DNA of 64,000 nt, taken from the NCBI RefSeq assembly GCF_009834535.1, contig NC_045697.1, positions 94,862,001 through 94,926,000 of the forward strand, written 5' to 3'. Shown in pieces: positions 13,093 through 24,665 of this stretch (position 1 is the first letter of the stretch; each line of letters opens with the position of its first letter). This DNA is from Camelus ferus. Lineage: Eukaryota. The position numbers were made by a program, and so were the translations under genes. Under the pieces are notes generated by a model that had not been told where the DNA came from, did no database searches, and saw nothing but the letters and a program-made list of their open reading frames with translations.

Positions 13093-14099
13093 CTGAAGTA
13101 TTAATAGTTTTCTTCCTCCTTTCCTATAAAGGGCAGGTGGAATCAAATGCTCTCACCACCTCTCCATTTTCTGTGACACCTAAGTTGCAAAAACTGCACT
13201 GAATTTTGATGAGCCTTCACACTGCTGATGAGTGTTTGCAATATGAGCATGTAAAAGGAAGAAGAGACACAGTAAAGCTGAGAATACAGAAGCTATGATT
13301 TCCACTTCTTGGTGTGGCAAGGGAATGTGAGTTTCTCTGAGGGGCAGAGAGTGAATGAGCACTAAGCACCTGCAGCAGGTAGGTATGAAATAGAAGAAAA
13401 GCTATAAAAAGGTGTTTTTTTTAAAAAGCATCTCCCCTTTGATAGGCTAAACAAAATTAGATAACTCTGTGGTGGAGGGGGCCATGGGTGGATGGAGGCA
13501 GTGTTGCGGGACAGCTTTAGAAAATAACAAATGCACCACGTGGGAGAGAGCATTTGGATACCAACAGCACTCTGAAAGCCAATGACAAAGCAGTTAGATG
13601 AAAAATACACCTATACCCAGCAAATGCGGAGCTCCCAAGTTTGTAATCATATGCATTTTTCTTATCTAGGCAAATATCGTCTTTGCCATTTCCCCTCCAT
13701 TCCCTGATACTGTAGCAGATACCAGGTCCATGCAAAGAAAAAGTAGGAATGAGAACCAGGAAAGAAACTAGGTCTAACCATACTCCCCTTTTGGTAGCTT
13801 ACTGAAGCTAACAATAAATAAGAACTATCTCTTGGAGAAGTGTTCAACATGACAGAGGCAAGAGATAATTTTTAAAATTTACCCCAAAATGAGAGTTTTA
13901 CAATCTGAAAAATCCCTGGAGATAACTATATATTTGGTAGGTACTGAGATTCTATTAGTTGGCACATTTAAGTTCCCTTGTACCTACTACACAGTCAGTG
14001 AAGTTTCAAATACTCAAGTTGGTCATGGTTACTAATTTAAATTCTATAGCATCACGGAATTGAAATTACTTAATTCACATCTGTTAGCTCTTCTTCAAA

Positions 14100-14560
14100 A
14101 AAGCAAATGTTTATGATTCATTCCCTTGCTTAAACGTCTTCAATGGCTTTCTATTAGTTATGGTGAAAACGTAGGGATCTTTTGTCTTAAAAGCCCCTCC
14201 ATAATTTTTCCCATGACTTTTTCATAAGCTTCTTCTTCCTATACCCCCTACTTGCCTGTGTGTTTTAACTTTATTGGTTTCTAACAGTGTCTTGAATATG
14301 CCTTGTCCTCTTGCCTGAGGCTGTCACACATATTCTGATTTCCTTTGCTTAGAATACCGCTTTTCATCCAGCCCACTCTTTTCCTATTTAAAAGTCTTTC
14401 CTTATTTTCACTTACACAAGGACTTCCTTGAAACTCCAGGCTAGTTTTGTTCCTCCTTTTAAGTTCTCCTCTAGGATAAAGCACATCCCCATTTGTAAAA
14501 CCCATTATATTGAAGTTACTATTACAATGTCTTTCTTCCCAACCAAAGAGTGAATCTATT
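14100..14560 (+). mobile_element. L2 fragment
   Basis: 'ttcccttgcttaaacgtcttcaatggctttcta' matches the L2 hallmark 'ctgcttaaaacccttcaatggcttccc'; the continuation is pyrimidine-rich. Confidence 0.65.
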
Positions 14561-14769
14561 TAATGAACCATAATTTAATGCGAAAAAAGTTTTCACTGAA
14601 AATAAATATCAAAGGAACTATTAGCTAAACATTATTTTTTATACTGGATATTGGGTCTAATCAATCTATTTTTCTTTTCTGACATGACATTCCTACATTT
14701 TTTTCTATCTCTAAGATACTACATCAAAAGTTGAGGTTAAAAGCAAACATCCTCCATCACAGAGTGGAA

Positions 14770-14890
14770 TTAACAATTACCAAGGATCACTCTGCATTAA
14801 GTACTCTGGCAGATACTTTTCACAACAATACAATGAAATGAGTGTTATTCCATTTTACAAATGAAAAAAACTGAAACACAGGGGGTTTAA
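14770..14890 (-). mobile_element. MIR fragment
   Basis: 'ttattccattttacaaatgaaaaaaactgaaacacag' is the MIR core, reverse strand. Confidence 0.7.
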
Positions 14891-16821
14891 AATCCCAGTA
14901 TAGAGTGAGCTAGTTTTCCAGGAAAATCTTTCCTACAGTTTCTTTATTTTCTCAGGCTATGGTTTTAGGAACACATTTGGTTAACATTCACTTTTCCATA
15001 GATTAGAAAACCACATGGGGGAGAGTTTATATATACTGAGCTGATTTTACACCTCTTTTGAGGCAGGGGTGGAGGCAGCTTTAAGCTTGGTTACTCTCAG
15101 AACAAACTATTCAATGCTCTGACCAGAGCCCACTCTACCCAAACAAAAGTATGCCCAATTCTTGAGGGACTTGACTTTTTTCCCTAATGAGTACAGCTCC
15201 TGGGAAAATGGCAAGGCCAGAAACTACTTGCCCTTTGAAGGTCTAATAATGTTACAGACTTTATGATCTGTTATGTGGAACTTTTCAGTGTTCTTTTTTT
15301 TTTTCATTCTACTTTATAACCCCCTTAATATACTTCTATAGAACTTTGAGTTATTAATGAGATTTCTCAAGATTTGGTCTATTATTCCTCATCACGCTTG
15401 TGTGTGTGTGCGTGCACGCATATGCATGAGCAGGAAGGACTTCTGTGTCTTACATTGCTACAACTTTTCAAAGTATTTGATAAAAGATATTTTTTTCTGT
15501 ATTTGTAACTATAGATTTTTTTGTTGCTTTTTGTTTTATTTTGTTTTGTTTTAGTTTTTACCTCTACTGGTGTGTGTTTTTTTATGTATTAGGGAAGAAT
15601 GATTTAGTCCACTATCTTCACTTTATTGAAATTACGTAGAAGACAAAGAATAGAAGAAATGGAAAGAAACTCAGAAACAACGTTGTGGAAGGGAAAAGAG
15701 AAGCAGAGGATGGCAGGTGGGAGAAAGAGAAGAATTCCCTGTGTAATGAATTTAAATCTGTTTAGGTTCCAGAAAAAAAAAAATGCCTTTATTGATTTAG
15801 CCAATAAAATAGAGGAAAGGAAAATGCTAAAAGCCTTGAAGCTGTTATTAAATAACTAAAAGTTATAGTAACAAAGTATCTAAAGATAGGTAAGAAGCCC
15901 TGTATTTTGTGTGCAAAAAATTAGACCTAAAGGAAACTTTTCTATTAAAAAAGGTCATCAATAGGGAGATTTACCTCCAACACACAAACATGGTGGGAAT
16001 AATCTCTGTCCCAACTTGTTTCTAAAAGTCAATTTTTTCCTTTAGGCAAAGACAAAAAAAGATACAGAACTGGAGAGTTTGTATTCAAGTTTTAAATTAA
16101 TGATGGCCCAAATGCAATTTTTGCCCTCCCTCAGCAAACTGTATGCACTGTTTAAACAGTTTTCCTAAAGCTTTAAAAATGTTCTAAATTATTTAATGAA
16201 TGAAGTTTCCTGAAACACCAGCATTGTCTCTAGCCAAGACCCATGTAGATAAACTTGTTACTTTTGCGAAACCAAGTAGACATTTAAGAACACTACTTTT
16301 TTTTTAGTTTAAAGAATTGAACCTGGAAAAATATCAGTTAGATTAAATGGTCAAATGGTTTTGCTTTTGTTAGCTGCATATATTCAATTCCATTCAGTGG
16401 TGAATGCCAATGACGTGAATATTTTATTCTATCTTTTAGAGGAAGAACAGATATGGTATTGGTATTAAAAAAGAATTCTGTGAATCAAATGCTATTATGG
16501 TAATCTTCACAAATATTCTGCTTAATATCCTCAATATCCTCTTTTTTTTTTTTTTCTTGAGTTGTCCAGCATTTATAACCAAAATTGCTTCCCAAAATTT
16601 GTAAAGAAAGTTGGGGAAGGGTGTAGGAAACATAAAGAGTTAGGTAGAATATGAACCTTTACATTTTCTTTGCCTCTTTGTTACACTAATTGTTGACATC
16701 ATGGTGTGTTCCTACCTTGCAGAATTCTACTCCATTTGATACCATAGTAAACATCTTCATTCTGAGGAGAATTTTTGTCAAGTCCAAATCTCTCATAAGA
16801 CATTCTGATGATGACAACAAC

Positions 16822-16972
16822 AATAATGGTAATAGTAAAGGCAACACTTATTGAGTGCTTATGATATACTAGGACTTTACATATTATGTTATTGGATCTT
16901 CACAGAAACCTCCTGGAAGGCAGTTCCACTATCATTGTTTTAGAGATAAGGAAACTGAGACTCAGGGAAGTT
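16822..16972 (-). mobile_element. MIR SINE
   Basis: 'aacacttattgagtgctta...tcttcacagaaacc...ttttagagataaggaaactgagactcagggaagtt'. Confidence 0.8.
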
Positions 16973-18384
16973 GTCATGCTTCCCTATATTAATCAGCTCT
17001 GACACAATTTTCTAATGTGTTTTCAACATTGCCAACCACAGAATTCTCAATCTAGAACTTTACCAAGATCTCTCTGTACAGACCTGCTGAGAACCTTTGA
17101 TCATGTTACCCTTGCTTTCCTCCCTCTCATTATGAGTCATATGTAAACAACATATCCTGAAAAGTCTCTTGTTCTACTGACATGGACCAAGATCCTAAAT
17201 TACACAAAACCTTCCCGTCCCCCATCCTGTAGGTTCAATATTTCAAAAGTTTATTTGCAATAAAACACAGGATACGTATCACTATAAATACTAAAGGTAT
17301 TTTGATATTGTACACTGTTTATTTTTAGATGAAAACATTCAAATGGAATTATTTATCCTTATTTTAAAGATGTAACTTCTAAAGTCAACCATGCAATATT
17401 TGCATTTGCATTTCAAATGACTAGACCATATTATTATTACATGAGAAATTAGTAAGGTAATAAAACTTTTGTCTTTTAAACTTTCTTTCTTTAACACAGA
17501 GTTGAGAATTGGTAGCACTGAAGTGGCCCTTAACATATGGCTTTGAATAATAATTCTCTTCCTTTATTCATAGAAAATGTCCATTCAATTGCTATTGCAT
17601 TAAACTTCTAAAGCATGAACCCAATAAGGAGCATTATGGCTTATTAATTTTAATTCAATGCCTTTCACTTTTGATGAATAATACAACTTCTTGTCTACTC
17701 TAATACACATAAAACAGAATCTGAAAATATTACAACAGTGAAGTTTAATTCTTTTACTTTATCAGATATTTTCTTAATTTATATTTTCCCTTCATTTATT
17801 TTTCTTTGTTCATTTATCTTTCTAATACAGCTGAATGGAGTTTTAAAGTATTCCAAAATTGGTGCTTCAGTCAAAATCTGTGTTTCTTTCAACTAATGCT
17901 TCACACGTACAACTTTCTAAACCAGCGTCCTTTTGCTTCAACTGTCACATTTTAAAATAAATTAGAGACTCACCATCCACAGGCTATTGAAGTTCATGAA
18001 TTAATTGACTTGAATGTTTTGGCTTTCTTTGATCTAAGCTATTTTCTCAGTAATACTGTGATTTACCTGACATTAAAGGGCAAACTGAGCAATGAGTTTC
18101 TGGTACTACATTCATATAAAAACAGTACCAGTATAGCAATGAATGGCATTAATTGCACTTGGGGTATTTACATAGAAGGAGGATGCTAATATAACATTTC
18201 TAGTATATATCAAATGTCAGATATTATAATCAGTGTTATTTTCATGGAAGATATAATCATTTGGTTCTATTCAGCAGATGTAGTTAATACCTACTATCTG
18301 CAGGCATTTTTGAGGCTATCGGGCAAAGTGCATCCTGTATACTTAAAGGTGAAAGTGAATGTAGTCTGAGTTTAGGATATACCT

Positions 18385-18815
18385 TTTTCAGTGTCCAAGG
18401 GCATTCAAGTTGTTGGCTGAATCGAATTGGTTATAGTATGGTGGTCACCATTTTCTTCCCAGCTATCAGCTGGAGGCTACTTTTAATTCCTAGAGGCCTC
18501 TCTTTAGTCCTTGCAAACAAGACCCCGCATCTCACAGCCAACAAAGGCAGGTCTTATTTTCTCACACTTAGAATTTCTCTGACTTCTCTCTTCCACTATC
18601 TTTTCTGCCTCCAACTAGAGGAAATTATCTGATTTTAAACGCTCATATAGTTAGATTGGAGTCACCTGGATGATCCAAACTACTTTCCCTATTTTAAGGT
18701 CTATGATCTAAATTACATCTACAAGGTCCCTTTTGTCATGTAATGTAATATATTCACAGGTTCCAGGGATTAAGCCATGGACATTTTTAGGGGGGAACAT
18801 TCTGTCCATCCCACT
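18385..18815 (-). mobile_element. MLT1 (MaLR) LTR, MLT1E/D-like
   Basis: 'ttagattggagtcacctggatgatcca...aattacatctacaaggtcccttttgtcatgtaatgtaatatattcacaggttccagggattaag' is the reverse complement of the MLT1 5' part. Confidence 0.8.
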
Positions 18816-21409
18816 AGGTAATGTTTATTTGTTTTTTCTAACTCATATATTGCTAAGAGAATTTTTTTTTTTTGAATGAGCACTCAAGTGTATGTCCAAA
18901 ACTGCTATAATACTACAGAGTACACTGGAGTGAAGGTTAGCTGTTGGTAAAGAGCACATATACCATCTCTACGATGGGTTCCATTTTCAGAAAGCGTTGC
19001 TGATAAAAAGATAGACCACATCAATTTAAAAGTAAAACCTGTTAAAACACTACAAAAACATTCTTTGTCAAAAAAGAATGCAAAGTGATTAATGGTATTA
19101 TAAGTTTTCCTAAAGACCTTTTCTCAAAGTAAAAACTTAGTGAATTAACTTTTATAAACAGAGTTCAGTTTATTTTGACAAACATTTATTAAATGTCCTG
19201 ACTGTAGCGAAGTAAAGGAAATACTAACATTTAGAGACATTGCTCTCAGTGAACTTACAATCTAATTATAATGTAAATAGTTACAAAGGAAGTCAGACAA
19301 AAAGCCATTAAGATCTTAATACCAAACTAAGGATAAAATATTCACTTTATGTCTTTTTTAATTTCCCTAAGCTTTCCTTTTCCCTCATTTGAAGTACATT
19401 TATTATCCTCTCCCCCTCTCCTTTTTTTAAGTCCACTACTGGCCACTGCTATGTTAAGTGACGAGCATAGGATCTTACAGTCAGCAGAGACTTTAGATCC
19501 TGCAGGTCCAACCCTCTCAATTTATAGGGCATGACAGAATCTTTTTTTATAGCTTTTAAGTTATTTAAAGAAAAAGTACCTAAGAACAAAAGATTTGCCC
19601 AACCTAGTCAGATTCAAGAGCTTTGTAACACATTATAACATCTCTGAAAAGGCAGTTTTAAAAGAGCATGATCGCACTTTACAATTCCTGTATCAAAATA
19701 CGGTCATGACTATATTTCATGTTCCCTTAGTTATCCGCTCAGTTTCTAAATTTCAAAAACTTGGGAAGATGTTACTTAGGGTACCATATTCTTTAATTTT
19801 AATTCCGCATATAACACAAGATTATATATACTTTACATTGATTTTAGTCATAAGGGGCTTCCAACTGAATTAAGGAAACTAAGAGAAGTTGGGAAATTAA
19901 GAAAATTGAGAAAGCAGTTCTTCTTTATATTTTTGTACATTTTATAAATTACTTAACTTCCCTGGATCCCATCCACTAAATACAAAAAAGAAAAAAAGAA
20001 GTGGAGGGGAGAGATAGTGACCTATATATTTTTCCAAGAGTTCACAGGTAGATGGGTCCTAATAATATTAATTGAGAATTACTGGAAAGGAATTAATCAG
20101 TGTTTTACTATTAATGATTGAGAATATTTTGCATGAACAGAGAAAATTCTGAGATTCTCCAATGCTTACTTAAATATGTTGCTGAGAAGAGAAACTAATA
20201 AATAAACCTTAAAGGGGGTGTATGTCACCTACTATTGTGAATCCAGGTTTTGACCCAGGCAAAACACTTTGCCTAAAGTTACATGTAACTATACAATAGT
20301 ATTCCCCACTCCAGAAAGATGCTTCAAGAATGCCAAAATGCCACCTGAAATATTACTTTGATATTCTTTTTTTCCTACTTCTTTCTTAAAAATTAGTAGT
20401 GAAGATAAAGCAGAAGTTTCTAGAGATGAGATAGTTTAGTTTGCTTTTAAGGCAAGCATACATGATTTTTACTTTCATGGCTTCATACACATTAAGTAGG
20501 TACTTGCTGGCATAGAGAGTTTGGCATAGCAGCCTATTCACAACACATGATTTTGAGAATGGAGATTCAAGATCACAGTGAAATCAGTCACAAGGGTGCC
20601 TTTCTATTGAACAACAAGTTGTAGCCTAGGGTAAATAAAAGCCTAGTAAGTGGACTGACATCAGGGCTAGTTCTAAAGGCTGAGTTAGCAGATGGTAGTT
20701 TTTTGTTTTGTCTTGTTTATTGTTGTTGTTTTTATCTGGGCTGCAAGATTGGAAGTTTATTAGGGCATGGTGGCTGCCAGTGTATTATAATATCTAACTG
20801 TTCTTACAGTTGTTTCAGCTTTGTGTGCATGTGCATGGGCAAACGTGTATGTGAGTGTGTGCATGTGTGTGTGTAGCAAAATATTTTGAAGCTCAATTTC
20901 TTTTAAGACTTAAGTCTCCAGCTTGAAGATCATTTTTCTTAATGGAGATGAAAGACCCTAAAAGTCTGTTTTGGCAGTCGTCTTTTAACAAAACAATATC
21001 TAGACAGAGCACATTCTTTCTCTAATCATCAAATAAAGAGAAACCAACACAAAAAAAATAGCTATATGTTTTTGTTGGCGTTTCTTACAAACCCCAGTCC
21101 CTTCTAGACATCCTTCTTCTTATCAAATACATCTTCTGGAGCTCATATAAATCTTTGGATTTATTTTTTTATTTCTCCATTTTATGAATCTTTCCTTTTG
21201 TAAGTCTGATTTAAAAAAAAAACCCATACTCACCTAAAAACATTTCTTTTCCTTCTCATTTGCATTAATGTTGTCAAGATTAATTATAAAAATCTTACAT
21301 TCCCATGCATCACAGTGTAAAAGGACTTTTATTTTTAGCTTAATTCCATCCAACAAAAAAAGAATTAGTAAGTGACAAGAAAGTTATGAGTTTTTAATGT
21401 TTGAATGAA

Positions 21410-21500
21410 GCTTTTATATTATCTAGTTAAATCTGTACATTTTACAAATAAGAAAACTAAAGTTCAGAGATTAAGTGACTTGTATCAAATCACAAAATAG
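21410..21500 (-). mobile_element. MIR fragment
   Basis: 'cattttacaaataagaaaactaaagttcagagattaagtgacttg'. Confidence 0.7.
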
Positions 21501-22860
21501 CATATGAACTTATGTTCAGCTGTTTGAATCAACATTAAATATTTCTGGTGAAAAAATTTTTATGATTGGGTCTCTAATAGGGATCAAAGGAAATACCAGT
21601 CATGGTAAGAATTTAGAAAATCATATTTTACAAATTTGAGAAAACATATATAAATAGATCTTATGTCTGAAAATAATAAATATAGCAACTATTAGGTTTT
21701 CATTTTCAAGAATTTGGGTAGAAATTTAAAATATTTTAGGAAAATGGTTAAATATACCAGATTGAAAAAGAAAAGAGATAAACCAAAATGGTTTTGAAAC
21801 TCAACAAAAACAAGTTTGAAGATCTATTATAGAATTAATTCCACAAAAAATAACTATTCTCAAGGTCATCCTATGTAGACATAGTTTGATATAATTTTCC
21901 AGATTAGGATTGTGTCTTTAAAATACTTAAGCTAAACTAGAAAATTTCATACACTTGCATACTTGCATTTCTATTTGCTTGTCATTAGCTTTGACATGAG
22001 CACATGCAGCTACAAGATGTCTATTGTAATTATGATTAGAGTTGAAAAAAATAGACAAGAAAAATGTCCATACTAACTAGGAAATGTTGAAAAACCACAT
22101 GACACAAATTTGAGATATTTATCATTTAAAGAAATTATACTGGAGTCTCAATCCTAAAACCTGTGTTTGAGATGAAGATTAGTCCAAAATATGAGAAAGA
22201 GCCCTCTTTAGAAACCAAGTAGAGAGGTCACAGAGTAGTTTTAGATCATACATGGATTTCAGTATGATCTTTAAGAACTTCATGAGAACCCAACTATACA
22301 TAGTGGTGAAGTGATGGGAATTTTACTCCACGTTTGTAGTTCACTAGGTTAGCTAAGAAGAATAGAACTGGCCCCACTGCTATAGCTTATTTTGAGCTTG
22401 AAAACCTGAGCCAGGAAAATAACTGGATCGTTGTTTCACCTAACTCATTAGATTCATGACAAACAAAGAGCAAAGATGTGAAAAATCAGGCACTGACTGA
22501 CTTTAGCTCTGACTCATTCTTTGATCATCTGCAGGTTAACTGGTACCTGGATTAACAAAATATAATCCAGTAAATGTAAACATCATTTTGGTCTCTTTGA
22601 CTGTAATCAAGTCAGAATAAATCCAAAAATCTTAGGCCACATTACAAATCCTCATACTGAAATATTTACAGACAAATAGAAAAAATTTATACCAACTCTA
22701 TGAAAAAAAATATTTCAGATGAAAGGGCACTTTAAGGTCCCTTGATGTATTTAAAAAACAGTGAAATAATAGAAAGAAAACTTCCATGACCTGAAGATTT
22801 AAGTCTTCAGATCAATAGTATTCAAGCAATGCAAGAAAAATATAATTAAGAAATTTACAA

Positions 22861-23180
22861 ATTCATCCATCATGTACTCATTTATTCAATAAATATCCTA
22901 GTTATTGAAAATATGTCCATGAACAAAACAGATCAAATTTCCTACCTCCATGGAGCTTAAATGCTAGTAAAGGCAGATATGATATGTTAGTAAATTATAT
23001 ATTAGAAAATAATAAATGCTAAGGAGAAAATAACTTAAAAAATGCTGGAAGTAGAAAATGTTCATTTCCACTTTTAAACCATATGGTCAGGGAAGATCTG
23101 CTTAAAAATGCAATATTAAGGCCAAGGCTGGACAATGTGATGGAGGGAATGTATATGTCTAAGAGAAAGTATTCCATGTA
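22861..23180 (-). mobile_element. L2a 3' fragment, apparently within a very old L1-like ORF1 remnant
   Basis: L2 part: 'gaacaaaacaga...cctacctccatggagctta...ggtcagggaagatc'. The flanks ('aagtcttcagatc', 'agaattctaaatcagccaag') faintly resemble old L1/HAL1 ORF1. Confidence 0.6.
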
Positions 23181-24100
23181 TAAACATAACTGGTTTGTTC
23201 CATTTCAAAATGTATAACCTTATCTTAAGGTTTTTAATATCAGTAAAAGATTTTTAAAAATCATAGATAAACCTAGGCAGAAAAGCAGAATTTCTAACAA
23301 AGGGTAATGCAAAATATCATACTCTCCCTTTTCAAGTACAAATACAGAATAGTATAGAACAATATTTATCAAGTCTAGAAGAGGGAAAGTTTTTATACAG
23401 AATTCTAAATCAGCCAAGAGTGTCATTTAGTTTTGAAAAATCTGAAAATCATTTTGCTCATGTTTTCAGAGTTCAGAAATTATCTTATTAAATATTTTAC
23501 CTAAAAAAAACCAAATATATATTAAACAAAATAGATTGAAAGTTGAATCTCATGGGAGATCCAAAGAATGAGAAACTTATGATTTAGGGGAAAAAAGAGA
23601 AAAACATGTGGAAGATGAAAAGATGTTTCCTTTTTAACTAAACAATTATTTTGAATATATAATACAACAATGTCAATGTCAAAATTATTTTTAAAGTTAA
23701 AAAAGGTTTGTTTTGTCATCACTTAGTTCTCTGGTGGCACATATTTATGGGTGACATTTCCTTACATTCCTGATTATCACTGTCCTTGTTGTATTTTGAA
23801 ATTCAGAAAAAGAAAAAGAAACACATAACTGTGATAAATTAAATGCATCTTTTGTAATATCTTCCTTGCAATGGTAATTTCATTAAATTGTGCATTATGT
23901 TGCTACCAGTCTTTGTCCCCTTAAACCAAATTTAATGCTTGCCATTGCTTGCACCACCCAGATAATTTTTAAAGTCCAAAGGACAAGGAACCAGGATGCT
24001 AATCCTGGCAAGACCTGCTTTGCTTTCTTTGTGTTTGAACCCTTAGTCTGTTGATAAACACACACACAGACAAGTGTATATTTGTATATATGTACATACA

Positions 24101-24570
24101 TGTATATATTATCTATTGTTCCTGTAACAAATTGCTGTAAACTTAGTGGCTTAAAGCAACACCAATTTATTTTCTTGAGGACAGAAATCTAAAATGAGTC
24201 TGCAAGGATGCAATGCATCCACTCTCAAGGCTTTAGGAGAGAATCCATTTCCTTATACTTCTAGCTTCTAGAGGCTGCCTAAATTCCTTGGCTTGTGGTT
24301 CTATCATATTTGAAGCCAGTAGCATAGCATCTCCAAACCCTCTCTGACTTTGCTTTCATTTTGATACCTCCTTCTCTATTGACACTCATGCTTCCCTTCA
24401 CAAAGACTCTTAATTATAATGGGCCCATCTAGATAATCCAAATAATCCAGGATAATCAAAATCCTTAATTTAGATACATCCTCAAAGTCCTTTTGCCATG
24501 TAAACTGATATATATTCACAGGTTATGGAGATTAGGACATGAACATTTGGGGCCATTATTTAGCCTAATC
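24101..24570 (-). mobile_element. MLT1C/D-like MaLR solo LTR
   Basis: 'gtaacaaattgctgtaaacttagtggcttaaagcaacac...ctagcttctagaggctgcc...attcacaggttatggagattaggacatgaacatttggggcc'. Confidence 0.85.
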
Positions 24571-24629
24571 TGTGTATTTGTGTATGTGTATCAAGGTATC
24601 CTAGTTACAGTGTACAAATTCATCATTTA

Positions 24630-24634
<5 letters not shown>

Positions 24635-24662
<28 letters not shown>
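24635..24662. repeat. Poly(T) tract of 28 nt
   Basis: Direct reading. Confidence 0.9.

Positions 24663-24665
<3 letters not shown>

Noticed and set aside
22490..22520. NRF2 antioxidant response element
   Set aside because: The spacing does not fit TGAC-nnn-GC; only a lone AP-1 TGACTCA is present.
24635..24662. Poly(T) as the tail of a processed pseudogene
   Set aside because: No TSD or mRNA-like body next to it; the adjacent sequence is MIR-like.
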